A stretch of DNA of 64,000 bases from Callorhinchus milii. Its lineage: Eukaryota. The stretch lies in assembly GCF_018977255.1 (NCBI RefSeq), contig NW_024704743.1:5272001-5336000 (forward strand), read 5' to 3'. How positions within the stretch are numbered: the first letter of the stretch is position 1; each line of letters opens with the position of its first letter. Under the pieces are notes generated by a model. It had not been told where the DNA came from and did no database searches. It saw only the letters and a list, made by a program, of their open reading frames with translations. A program made the translations under genes and the position numbers. Shown here one piece after another: positions 47,266 through 59,640 of this stretch.

Positions 47266-47732
47266 TATCTCCCCAAAATAACTCCAGAGCTTTATTCTCA
47301 TGTTTTCCAGCGCTGGATCAACAACAACAACAACCACTTGGATTTATATAGCGCCCTCCACACCAGACGGGTCTCAGACCGCTTGAACTAGTTTGATCAG
47401 CTAGCTGACATCCCGTCACCTTCCTCTCATCCCCCAAACTTTGTAAAGTCATTTTCTTTTTTGGTTTAATTTTTTATGCACTTTGAGTTTATATTACCCT
47501 TTTCACCTCGGGCAGAACGTCCCAAAAAGCTTCACAGAGTTCACTATATTTGTGGCCGAACACAGCAATCAATTTGCACACAGCGATGTCCCACGAACAG
47601 CCAGGAAGTGAGTGATCAATCTTTTTCATTTGGGGGACTGTTGGCCAGGACACTGGAGAGAGAAACTCCCTTCTCTTTTCGAACAGCAATATCGAATCTT
47701 TACACATCCATCTGAACAGGCAGACGTGCATA

Positions 47733-48627
47733 CACACTCCCAGGTCAGGGTTAGAGACACAATAAAGCTCCCTCTACACTGTGCGTCCGTCCACACTCCC
47801 AGGTCAGGGTTAGAGACCCAGTGAAGCTCCCTCTACACTGTGCGTCCAGACTCCCAGGTCAGGGTTAGAGACACAGTGAAACTCCCTCTACACTGTGTGT
47901 CCACACTCCCAGGTCAGGGTTACAGACACAGTAACGCTCCCTCTACACTGTGCGTACACACTCCCAGGTCAGGGTTAGAGACACAGTAGAGCTCCCTCTA
48001 CACTGTGTGTCCGTCCACACTCCCAGGTCAGGGTTAGAGACACAGTAGAGCTCCCTCTACACTGTGTGTCCGTCCACACTCCCAGGTCAGGGTTAGAGAC
48101 ACAGTAACGCTCCTCTACACTGTGCGTCCACACTCCCAGGTCAGGGTTAGAGACACAGTGAAGCTCCCTCTACACTGTGGGTCCATACTCCCAGGTCAGG
48201 GTTAGAGACACAGTAACGCTCCCTCTACACTGTGCGTCCACACTCCCAGGTCAGGGTTACAGACACAGTAACGCTCCCTCTACACTGTGCGTCCGTCCAC
48301 ACTCCCAGGTCAGGGTTAGAGACACAGTGAAGCTCCCTCTACACTGTGCGTCCGTCCACACTCCCAGGTCAGGGTTAGAGACACAGTAAAGCTCCCTCTA
48401 CACTGTGCGTCCGTCCACACTCCCAGGTCAGGGTTAGAGACACAGTAAAGCTCCCTCTACACTGTGTGTCCGTCCACACTCCCAGGTCAGGGTTAGAGAC
48501 ACAGTAGAGCTCCCTCTACACTGTGTGTCCGTCCACACTCCCAGGTCAGGGTTAGAGACCCAGTGAAGCTCCCTCTACACTGTGCGTCCACACTCCCAGG
48601 TCAGGGTTAGAGACACAGTAAAGCTCC
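47733..48627. repeat. Satellite/minisatellite, 16 units of ~54-59 bp
   Basis: Unit CACACTCCCAGGTCAGGGTTAGAGACACAGTAAAGCTCCCTCTACACTGTGCGTC(CGTC). Dispersed monomers occur at ~13680-13765 and ~60765-60837. Confidence 0.95.
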
Positions 48628-49002
48628 TTTTCCACTCTCTCTTCCCAGTTTCTCTCCTCCCTCTCTCCTGCTCTTCCCTCACTTTCCCCCCCCCACCACC
48701 CCCCACTCCCCAACCTGCCCATCCCCCCTCCCCCACCCCCCCACACACACACTCTGATGGTCACACAGGCTTGTCAGCTGAATTTTCTTTGCCTTTAAGC
48801 AAAACCTAACAAAGCGTGTGGTCACCAGCGCATCGAGTTTCTCCCAATTAACTTTAACAAGAGCCTCGTCTGAATCTTTCATGAGCCAAAGGAAATTTTA
48901 GTTTAGTTGTAACTATGGGCAACTTTGTCCATCAGACAAACTCATGTCACCATCAATTATTCCTGAGGTTTGCCGTCTCAACTCCCACCGCCACCTGGGT
49001 AT

Positions 49003-49070
49003 CCCTTCCTCTCTCTCTCTCCCTCTCTCTCCCCGTCTCCTTCTTTCTTTCGTCCATCCCTCTCTCTTAT

Positions 49071-49108
<38 letters not shown>

Positions 49109-49420
49109 CCTTCCCACTCATCCCCTTGCTTTCTCTCTCTCTCCCCTTACTCGCTCTCCCCCTCTCCTTCTCTCTCCCCCTGGCTTTCACCGTCTCTCTC
49201 TTTTTGCCCTCCTTGCTCCCCCCGTTTGCTGCCCCTCCCGCCTCCCTCCTCCCTTTTCTCTCCCTCTCTTTCCCCCCTCGCTCTGCCCCCCTCTCTCTCT
49301 CTCTGTCTCACCCCTTTTTCTTGCTCCACTTTCTTTTTCTCTCTCCCCATGTTACTTTCCACCTCTTTCTCCTACCCCTCCTATCCCCTGGCCCCTCTTC
49401 TCTCACTTTCTCTCACACCT
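49003..49420. repeat. Polypyrimidine / (CT)n low-complexity tract
   Basis: C/T-rich with a (CT)n core. Confidence 0.9.
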
Positions 49421-49604
49421 TCTGTTGATATCTAATCTGATCTGTTGTCACCTAATTATCCGGTCTGATGCAAACAGGTAACTAGACTCGAGTCGTGACT
49501 CTCGCCGTCCTCAATTAACTCCTCAGCCTGTCAAACTCTGGCCTGATTTCATTCTGAGCGAGTCACAGTGTGTGTCGCAGTATGTATCACTTTATAATAA
49601 TAAA

Positions 49605-49997
49605 GATAATTATAATAATCCTTGCATTTGATACAGCATCTTATCATGTCTTTGAGACGTCTCGAACGCTTCACAGAATATACTGTGAATTGAATTGACT
49701 GCGTATTTTGTAGGCAAAACTCGGCAGCCAATTGCACACCGCAGCGTCCCACAAACAGAAACAGTTGTGGATTGAGTGACCAAATTATTATTATTTATTT
49801 ATTTTATTGGAAGCAATTATTACCCCCGGAAAAGCGATCCATCAATCGACTAACAACCAGGCTCCTATTAACTATTAGGTAAACGGAGACGTGCGGAGTA
49901 TGGAAACTTGCCCAACGTTTTGCCCTGACTAGGAATCGAACCCGTGTCCTCTTGCTTGGGAGGCGAGTGCTCTAACCACTAACCTACAGAACTCCAC
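49605..49997 (-). mobile_element. Full-length tRNA-headed SINE
   Basis: Head, body and tail present. Confidence 0.88.
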
Positions 49998-51084
49998 GTG
50001 TGTCACAGTGTATGTTTCTGTGTTGAAGTGTCACATTTACAATGTTGGGGATGTTCACAGTGTAGAGGATCCAACGTAAAGGATACTGTAGAGGATACAG
50101 TGTAGACACAGTGTAATAATACCACTAGTAATAATATTTGCATTTGATATAGCGTTATTAAGTCTTCGAGACGTCCCAAAGCGCTTCACGGAATATACTG
50201 TATACTTTGTGGGCAAAACGTGGCAGCTGATTGTCCCACAAGCAGTGGCCCACAAACAGCCGTGGATTGAAGTGACCAAGTTATTATTATTAGTGTAGAG
50301 GATACAGTGTTGAGGATACTGTGTAGAGGATGTTTACAGGGTAGGGAATGTTTACAGTGTATTTTGTAGGTGAACGCAGCAGTAATTCTGCATATACACC
50401 AATGTCCCACAAACAGGCGTGTTGTTATCTGGTGGAAAGTTGACTGGCGCACTGGGAGACTATATTGCTTAGCGCCGCAGGATCTTTAACGCTTACCTGA
50501 GCAGAAAGGAATTTGGTCGTGTACATCGTGGCTGTTTGCGGGACATCGCTGTGGACGTCGCCCACAAAATGCACAGTCACTCCACTTTACAAATAACTTT
50601 CAACACGAATAACTAAAATGCAACATCAAATGAAATGATGGATTGCAAATCTGCCACCAATGTTCCCCTCATTGAAAGATCACAAACTCAGTTTATTACC
50701 ACGTCGAAAAGTCTCTGAGCTCTTTACAGGGCATCATTGTCAAGTGTGGAGATAGCTTTATCTTAGAGGAAAATGTTTGCAACTGTTTTGTGTACTTCTC
50801 ACAAACTGCTTTGAAGTGAATGACCGATTCATTTGGGGGATTGTTGGCCAGGACTCCCTTTGCTTTTCCAATAGGGTCGTGGGAAATTTAACGTCCACTT
50901 GGAAAGACCTCAGTTTACCGTCTTGAAAGATATCACCTTTGATAGTGTAGCGCTGATGCTAGAAAGGAAAAAGAGTCGGATTAGACTGGATGTTTCTGCA
51001 GAGAAACATCCTAACAGCTCAATGGTTGGAGTCCTGCAGCTCAGTGGTTAGAGCACTCGCCTCCCAGGCGAGAGACCTGGGTTC

Positions 51085-51085
<1 letters not shown>

Positions 51086-51135
<50 letters not shown>

Positions 51136-51498
51136 CTTGCATTTGATAAAGCGCTTTTCACGTCGGGAGGACGTCCCAAAGCGCTTCACAGAACACACTG
51201 TAAAGTGAATTGACTGTATATTTGTGGGCGAACGCGGCAGCCAATTGCGCACAGCAATGTCCCACAAACAGTCGTAGATTGCAAATGACCAATTTAATTA
51301 TTGTTTTTAGTTTTGGAGGGATTATTAACCCCGGAAAAGTGACCCGCCAATCGACTAACAACCGAGTTCCTATTTGCTGCTAGTAAACAGAGACGTGCGG
51401 AGTAAGGAAACATGCCCAAGGTTTTGCCCCTGCCTGGGAACCAAACCCAGGTCCTCTCGCTTGCCAGGCGAGTGCTCTAACCACCGAGCTACACGTCC
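51086..51498 (-). mobile_element. Full-length SINE with a long (ATT)n tail, abutting an opposite-strand SINE head (51028-51085)
   Basis: Head, body and tail present. Confidence 0.88.
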
Positions 51499-52329
51499 AC
51501 ATATTGCTGAACGCTCTGCCCATTGTCACACGCTCCATATCTTTCTCAGTGGGACTGTCCCCTGAAATAAGATGTTAGCAAGACGGAAGCTCTGAGGACG
51601 AAATTGAAAGAGACATTTTGGAACGCCATGCGAAGGCCACGCACAGCTTTTAAGAGCAAAAGTTTGGTGTTAGCGGTTCAGTTTGGGTGTTTCCTGCTGT
51701 TAATAAAAAAAAGAGAGAGATTTAAATATGGATGAGCTGTTTCAGTGAAGTGAACGCAGTGTCTGTCAGAGCCAGGCTGCCGTCTCACATCAGACTGACA
51801 GCCACAAACCTACTTTACTCAGTCATGGACGTTAGTGTCTGCGCTGGAGCTGTTCCACTTAGCGAGACTGAGAGAGGGGCTAAACTTCAACCGAGCCGGT
51901 CCCATCACTTTAGGCCATCCATATGTGTCAGTGATTTAACGTGGCAGCTGGTCAGTGATTTCAAGATCCTCTCGCTCGTTTTCATGTCCCTTCGTGCCCC
52001 GGCACTTCCCTGCGGGGGGATTGAGTTGAGAGGCTCTGCAGCTATTAGAGAGGTTAACCTGGGTCGAGCCTGGGGAGACACGGCAAGACACCTACGAGTT
52101 TATATGCTCCCCCCACATACACACCTCCTACCCTCGCACACGCGGCTCCCCGCCCCACACATACTTACCTCTCTCTCTTGATCTCCGAATCTTTCTCTCT
52201 CTCTAACTTTCTTTTTCTGCGTCCTCGTTTGTGTGTCTCTGTCTCTGTCCAACTCCCTCTTGAACTTTTCCTCTGAGATCCCTCGCTCTCTGTATCTCTC
52301 CCTGTCTGAGTCCCTGAGCCTTGCTTTGC

Positions 52330-52845
52330 GAGGGCAAGATTGCACTTGACCAGCCTGATTGATTCTTTGAAGAGATATCAGATAAAGTAAACGGGAGATT
52401 CAGGGGATGTGGTGTCTATCGACTTCCAGAAGGCCTTCGATGAGGTTCTCCCTAAGAGACTCCTGGCTAAACTCAGGGCACACGGAGCCATGGGAGAGCG
52501 AGAGAGAGAAAGAGAGAGCAGAATGATTGAGAGGTGATCTGATTGAGGTGTTTAAAGTAATAAAAGGGATTCGATAGGATAGATACAGAGAAACTATTTC
52601 CTCTGGTGGGTGGGGCAATCCAGAACAAGGGGGCATCATCTTAAAATTAGAGTTAGGCCATTTAGGAGTGAAATCAGCAGGCAGTTTTTCACCCAAAGGG
52701 TAGGGGAAATCTGTTAGGTCAAGGGCATCAAGGGATATGGAGCAAGAGCGGGTAATTGGAGTCAAGGTACAAAGCACCCATGATCTTATACAATGATGGA
52801 ACAGGCTCGAGGGGCTGAATGGCCTACTCCTGCTTCTATGTTTCT
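52330..52845 (+). mobile_element. CR1 RT fragments with internal deletion
   Basis: GRLHLTSLIDSLK..DVVSIDFQKAFDEV and RGDLIEVFKVIKG remnants, plus tail ggggctgaatggcctactcctgcttctatg. Confidence 0.8.
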
Positions 52846-53149
52846 GTGCCTGGAAAATAGGAAGCAAAGAATGGGGAGTAAAGAGCAACCTCTGTGCCTA
52901 GCGAGAGGGGTGACCTCTACTGCTCACCGTGTAAGAGGAATGATCTGGACACACACACACAGGACACAGATGGCAAACAAACTGGGAGAGTTCTGGATAG
53001 TGCAACGATGATCTGGAATCAAATAAGAATTCATATAATGGCTTATCTGATGTCGAAGCCTCCTAAAGTGTTTAATAAAAAAAAAGCTTGTTACGATCTG
53101 GAGGCTGTGCCCCTCTCCTATTCCTTGGCCTCCCTCCACCTGATACACA

Positions 53150-53505
53150 TGAAGTCCTGTAGCTCAGTGGATAGAGCGCTTGCCTCCCAAGCGAGAGACC
53201 TGGGTTTGATTCCCAGCAGGGTCAAACACTGGGCAAGTTTCCTTACTCCACACGCCTCTGTTTACCCAGCAGTAAGTAGGAACCCGGTTGTTGGTCGATT
53301 GGTGAATCGCTTTTCCGCGGATAATAATTCCCTTAAAAAAATAATAATAATAATTTGATCACGCAATCCACGACTGTGAGACACTGCTGTGCAAAATTGG
53401 CTGCCAATGCAGTTAATTTACTTTACAGTATATTCTGCGAAGCGCTTTGAGACGTCTCGAAGACGTGATCAGGCGCTATATCAAGCAGAAGGATTATTAT
53501 TTTTA
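53150..53505 (+). mobile_element. Full-length tRNA-headed SINE
   Basis: Head, body and tail present. Confidence 0.85.
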
Positions 53506-54089
53506 TTGCAACCCCGTCACTTGCTGCATGGATGTTCGTGGGACAGTTGCTGTGAGAAAAATAGCTGCCTTGTGCTTGCCCTCCAATGCCACTGGACTCA
53601 GATATGTGCTGTAGACATAAAAGTTCTTTCTATCTAAATAATAAAATCCTTGCGTTTGATACGCCTATAAACTTTGAAACATTCCGGGCGAGAGAGAGTG
53701 AAACTCCCTCCTCTTTTCGAACAACTGCTCCGGGATCTTTAACATCCCTCTGTACAGGCGCAGACCATATATCGTCTCATCTGAAGGATTATCACAATGT
53801 AGTCTCAGCCTGGCTCGTGACTCCAAGCTGAGTCGCTACAAGTCCAAGTCATTGAGCCAGGCTGACAGATTGGGAGCGGTGTAATCCCTCCAAAAAACAG
53901 TCACTACACCTGACAGCAATTATAACAACGATAATAATCCTTGCATTTAATGTATCATGTCATCGAGACGTCTCACAGCGCTTCACTGAATAGGCTGTGA
54001 GGTGTACTGTAAGGTGTATTTTGGGGGTGAAACGCGGCAGCCAATTGCACACAGCAGTGTCCCTCAAACTGTGCTGGATTGAGTGACCA

Positions 54090-54352
54090 ACAACGACAAC
54101 ACATTATGCTTGTGTAGCACCTTTCACGTCAGGAGGACGTCCCCAGGCACTGGACAATCAAGGATCTACATCCGAGCTGATGGTTGGGATCAGGAGGAGG
54201 TGGAGGGCGGGGAGCATAGTGGTAGCAGTGTGACCGAAGGGCGCTGTCGAAGAGGAGGGTCTTGAGACGGGTCTTGAAAGAGGCGAGTCAGGGGGCAAGG
54301 CGAAGGGATGGAGTTCCAGAGGGTGGGGGCAGAGAGGCTGAAGGCCCACCAG
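54090..54352 (-). mobile_element. L2 3'-end fragment
   Basis: Same tail family as 835-1990. Confidence 0.7.
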
Positions 54353-54853
54353 CCAATTGTGGGGCGGGCGAGGCGGGGGCTTCCCCAATGTTTCGTCCGG
54401 ATCGGGATTCAAACCCAGATGTCCTCGCTTGGCGAGTGCTCGAACCAACTACGCTACAGGACTCCAGAGTCAGTGAAGCGCTTTGAAACGTCGGCAATAA
54501 GAGGCATTGGATCAAACGCAGGGATCATTAATCATTACCTCTCCACCGACCACACACCACGGGGGAGTGGGGGTGGGGTGGGTGGGTGAATGATATAAAT
54601 CCTTGCTGTGTGTGAGAGTGCAAACCAATTACCTTCCTCGCGGTGGCTTGTTATCCTCCCCATAGCTGCCTGCCTCTGATCCCCTCACACTACCTCAATG
54701 GGATTAAGGGGTGTCTCATTTGCAGAGATTGGAGAAAGGCCTTGAGGTTGGCAGAAATCCATATTAAAGTTGTGAAGGGATTGACGGCGGTGGAGAAATT
54801 GACTTTCCTCTAGAGATCTGTCTGCGTGTTGTGCGTTGGGGAAAGAGAGAGAG

Positions 54854-54888
<35 letters not shown>

Positions 54889-55477
54889 GAGAGAGAGAGC
54901 GCGGAGGGGAGGAGGGTGGGGGAGGAGAAATCCAGCCACTTATTAAAGTACTTTTTTTTTTTATCTGGATGAGTCGCTGAGGTCGGACGTGCAGCCGAAG
55001 TGTCCTGTTAAGACGCTGCGGAGAAGTTTAATATCATCATCAACAGAAGCAAGACGGCGTCAAATCTTTAATAAGGCAGAACGGAGTAGAAGGCCACTCT
55101 ATTACCCTCCAGTCCCTGTAGCTGCAGCTCTCAGCACTGTCTAACCACACGCCAAATCTGGAGAAATTACACTTCACGTTTCACACAAATTCCTTCCCCT
55201 CTCATTCTCTTATCGCTGAGCAGCATCTAAATTGCTGGTGCTTTATACCAGGCACCTGCTTAGCGCGCAGTTCACATGCTGCCAGGGCCACAAAGGGAAG
55301 AGAAATCCATTTTGCATGGCCGCTCAATGAGCCTCTTGCGGAGAGAGCAAATGTGATGAAGTCACTCCGCTGGCTTCCAGGAGCTCGCGGCACATCGGAC
55401 CACCTTCCCTCCAACTTTCCGAGTTTCTGAGAGTCAGCGCGGCCGTCGCCAGGAGTTCCTGGTGCCTCGCTTTTCCT

Positions 55478-55855
55478 GGAGTCCCGTAGCTCGGTGGCTA
55501 GAGCGCTCGCCTCGCAAGCGGGAGGATCTGGGCTCGATTCCTGGTCGGGTCAAAACGTTGGGCAAGTTTCCTTACTCCACACGCGTCTGTTTACCTAGCA
55601 CTAAGCAGGAACCCCGGTTGTTAGTTGATTGGCGGATTATGTTTCCGGGGGTAATAACCCCTTCAATTTTTAAAAAAAATAAATAATCTGGTCACTCAAT
55701 CTACGACTGTTTGTGGGACGCTGCTGTGTGCAATTGGCTGCCACGTTTCGTCCCACAAAATACACAGTCAATTCGCTTTACAATATATTCTATGACGTGT
55801 TTTGAGACGTGAAAAGCTGCTGTAACAAATGCAAGGATTATTATTATTATTATTA
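55478..55855 (+). mobile_element. Full-length tRNA-headed SINE
   Basis: Head, body and tail present. Confidence 0.88.
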
Positions 55856-56132
55856 TCATTTATACTCTATGCTTCTATTTATATTTACAATATATCTGTG
55901 TGTGTGTGAGGACAAGAGCGAGAGGTGTGTCTTGAGACATCAAGTAAAGATTGAGGGGAGTGTGGGTTAACGAACAGAGCCATGGGACATCCCAGAGCAA
56001 AAAACCCTCCACCCTTTCTCTCTCTCTCTCTCTCTCTCTCTTTCTCCCCACCAACTCCAGAGAGGAGTGAGAGAGAGAGAGAGAAAGAGTTGGATGTCAG
56101 AACAACAACACCTTAACAACAACTTGCAACAA

Positions 56133-56430
56133 CTGGAAGGGCAGACCAGTCACTGGAGGCAAGGATTCATCCCACTCAGCTCCTGTTAACCCTGCAAGCA
56201 AGGCCCTAACGGGTAGAGTGGTCCGAGCTGGACAAGTGGCGGGAAAGCTTGCCGGACCACCCTCTCAATGGCAAGCCGTGCGGTTTTAGCTGGTTAGACC
56301 CGCAGCAGTTACCCCAACCCACACTCTGGGGTCTCCCAAGCCTCGGCTCTGGCCAACCTGCGCCTAAGGCTTTCCGGAATTAGGTAAACGGGGTGCGTCC
56401 CGCCGGGGAGAGAGCGTGCATTTCGTTCCA
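56133..56430 (+). mobile_element. Hairpin-rich repeat family, internal fragment (other pieces at 35287-35330, 39425-39603, 41040-41280, 57966-58045)
   Basis: Aligns with 58280-58560. Confidence 0.8.
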
Positions 56431-56769
56431 GACAAATGGCAACTTTTGTTTTTGGAATACTCGTTGGTTCCATATCTCACCTGATGGATGGCATCTCAGC
56501 AACGTGGGGCTGCCCAAGCTCCGGAGCCTTGACTGCGAGCTCAAAAACCTTCACCCTGGACAACTGCTGGGGATTTATGATGTACAACAGTGCCACCAGC
56601 TGGTAGATAGAGGTAAAACTGTGTCCACCAACCCAAGGAAAGACGTCAAGGTGATAGCGGGGGGTGCAGAGGAGATTTATCGGGATAGGACGGGGAATGA
56701 GTGGTTTGGCCTCTCACAAGATTGGTTTGGTGAAGAAGACCCATCTGATTTGAAATGCACCAGCCCTTG

Positions 56770-57182
56770 ACAGGCTCCACTGGCTCCCAATCATCGAACA
56801 GATCGAGTTCAAGATCCTCTCACTCGTTTTCAAATCCCTTCACACCCTCGCACCTCTCTTCCTATCCGATCTGCTTACTCCCCACTCCCCCCATCCGCTG
56901 AATCCGCTCGGCTGACTCCGGCCTCTTGTTTGTCCCTCATGCCCTCCATTCCACCATCACCCGACCCGAAACTCTGGAACTCTTTCCCTCAATCCCTCTG
57001 CCTTGCCTCCTCCCTCCCCACCTTCAAATCCTGCCTAAAGACCTTCCTTTTTGATTATACTTACAGTCACCTCCCCACTCCCTCTCCCCCTGGTTCCTTG
57101 TCAGACTCCGCCACTGTCAAGCGCTCTGGGACGCTACCCTGCGTGAAGGCCATTATATAAACTCAAGTTGTTGTTGTTGTTG
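56770..57182 (+). mobile_element. L2 3'-end fragment (second tail type)
   Basis: LHWLPIIEQIEFKIL...PKLWNSFP...FKSCLKTFLF plus tail and (TTG)n. Confidence 0.85.
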
Positions 57183-58110
57183 ATCTCATTCCTCCAGAAA
57201 ACCCACCCAACCATCCCCCAGTCACTGCATCAAGTTGCTTTTAAATGAGTCCAATGTCCTGGCCTCAACTCCCGTTCCTGGCAACCCGTCCAGTCGTTAA
57301 TTACCCTCTGGGTAAAGAAAAACTTCCCGGGTGTCTGTCCTGAAATTGTCCTGTATAACTCTAAACCTGTCTCTTGTTCCACTGTCTTAGTATATCCTAA
57401 AGCCTTGATCTGGGTTTACTTTTGCAATCCCATTGACAATGTTATTCACCTCTATAAGGTCCGCTCTGAATTGTCTGCTCTCAAGACTGAAGAGCCAATC
57501 TTGTGATCTTGTGAGGTGCAGTGCTTTGGATGAGATGTTAAGCCGAGGTCCCATCAGCTTGTTCAGCTGGATGTTAGAGATCCTGTGGTGCTATTGGAAA
57601 AGGCAAGAGAGTCTCACTCTCTTTTCTGGTGTGCTGGCCAACAATCCCCCAGATAAAATTGGTCATTCTTTCTGTAAATTGACTGCTAAGGTTGATTTCA
57701 AATCCACACTTGTCAGCAATTCTCTGTGAAACGCTTCGAGATGGTTTGACATTATAGGACGTCCTCCTGATGTGAAAAGTGCTGTACAAATGTAATTTGT
57801 TATTGTTGTTATTCTGGATCAAATCTGCGTTTCACATTGAGCTACATTGCCCACCAGAAAGTTCCTGGTATTTGCCATCTACCTAGTGACGGCTCAACCC
57901 CCTGCTTATCAGATATCAAATGACCAGCTAGTGATTATCCTCCTGGGAGTGCGGAGGTAAGAGAGGTCTCCTTGGAGCTGAGCTGGCAAAAGGGTTAAGG
58001 GTGAACCTAAAGCCCTAATAAGCAGTTGGACAAGCAATGGAAAGTGCTCTCAGTGACAACCTACGTGGTTCTTTCTATCCTCCTTGGTGGGGGGGTGGGA
58101 GGGGCAGAAG

Positions 58111-58690
58111 GTCTCCTTGGAGCTGAACTGGCTCCAAGGTGACATGCCTGGCAATGGAATGTCGGATTTGAGCCGGCCCTCCGTGACGGTCTCCAGTCCG
58201 GTTCCTGAGCCGGGCGGGTCCGCAGTATTCCAAGGCACTGCTGATGACAGCACAGCCCGGCCTGGCTCATTTGCAGGACCTGGAAGGACAGACCAGTCAC
58301 TGGGGGCAGAGAGTCATCTCACTCAGCTCCTGTTAACCCTGCCAGCCAAAGCCCTAATGGGTAGGGTGGTCCTAGCTGGACAGTGGGAAAGCTTGCCGGA
58401 CAACTCATTAGCAGTGCGGTTTTATCTGGTTAGACTCCAGCAGTTACCCCACGCACGCTCTGGGGTCCCCAAGCCTTGGCTCTTGCCAACCTGCGCCTAA
58501 TACTCTCTGGAATTAGGTAAGCAGGATGCATCTCTCCAGGGAGAGAGTGCACATTCCATTCCAACAATCTATCTCTGGGATTTCCATGTGTAGGTGGGAA
58601 GCGTGGAAATCTCAGCTTGGTTTGATACTCTTATTAAACACCGTGATAGGTTTCCGCATATGTCAGACACCCGGCTGACAAAACAAAATA
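58111..58690 (+). mobile_element. Unclassified ~570-nt hairpin-rich non-coding interspersed repeat (apparently full-length copy)
   Basis: Homologous to about 10 other loci in the window. It has no pol III A/B boxes and no credible ORF, and ends in GTCAG-acacccgg-CTGAC plus an A-rich tail. Confidence 0.85.
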
Positions 58691-58744
58691 AATGCAAGGA
58701 ATATGTTATTTATATAACTTCTTCCCCTTCCCTCACCCTCTTTA

Positions 58745-59043
58745 ATAACAATAATAATCCTTGCATTTGATATAACGCTTTTCACGTCTTCGAGACGTCC
58801 CAAAGTGCTTCACAGGGTAGACTGTAAAGTGAATTGACTGTGGGCGAAACGCGGCAGCCAATTGCGCACAGCAGCGTCCCACAAATTGTCGTGGAATGAA
58901 GTGACCAATTTATTATTGTTTTTTATCTTGAGGGATTATTATTAGGCGTGTGGGGTAAGGAAAGTTGCCCAAGGTTTCACCCTGCCGGGAATCGAACCCA
59001 GGTCTCTTGCTTGCAAAGCTCTAACCACTGAGCCACAGGACTC
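58745..59043 (-). mobile_element. tRNA-headed SINE
   Basis: Head, body and tail present. Confidence 0.85.
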
Positions 59044-59640
59044 TTTCCCCTATCCTCTCCTCTGCCCTCTTCCCATCTTTCCCCTCTCCTCTCTTCTCCC
59101 CCTCTTTTCCCTCCACCTCTTTCACCTCTCCCTCCCTTCTCCCCCTCTCATCTTCCCCTCCCCCTCTTTCCCCTCCCCCTTCCTCTTTCCCTCCCTCTCT
59201 CCTCTTCTCTCCCCCTCTTTTCCCCTCCCTCTTCTCTCCCCCTCTTTTCCCCTCCCTCTCCTCTCTCCCTCCCTCTCTCCTCTTCTCTCCCCCTTTTCCC
59301 TCCCCCTCTCCCATGCTCTCTCCCTCCTCCTCTCCTCTCCCTCTGTCCCTCCCCTTCTTTCCCCTCTCCCCCTCCTTCTTTCCCATCTCACCATCCTTTC
59401 CATCTCCCTCCCCTATGCTCTGCTCCTTCTTCCCTTCTCCTCCCCTACTTTTCCTCTCCCCCTCCTTCCGATCTCCCTCCCTTCCTTCCCCTCTTCTCTC
59501 CCCTTCTTTCCCCTCTCCTTTCTCCCCTTCTTTCCCCTCTCCTCTCTCCCCCTCTTTCCCCTCTCCTCTCTCCCCCACTTTCCCCTCTCCTCTCTCCCCC
59601 TCTGTCCCCGCTCCTCTCTCCTCCTCTTCCCCCTTCCCTA
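59043..59640. repeat. Long polypyrimidine low-complexity tract
   Basis: Almost pure C/T over ~600 bp. Confidence 0.9.

Noticed and set aside
58206..58269. Canonical hammerhead or HDV ribozyme in the hairpin-rich element
   Set aside because: CTGATGA follows a stem but stem II plus GAAA is missing. An HDV-like fold near 58163-58275 needs mismatched P1/P3 and a very short P2, and would cut off a 5' hairpin that the copies retain.
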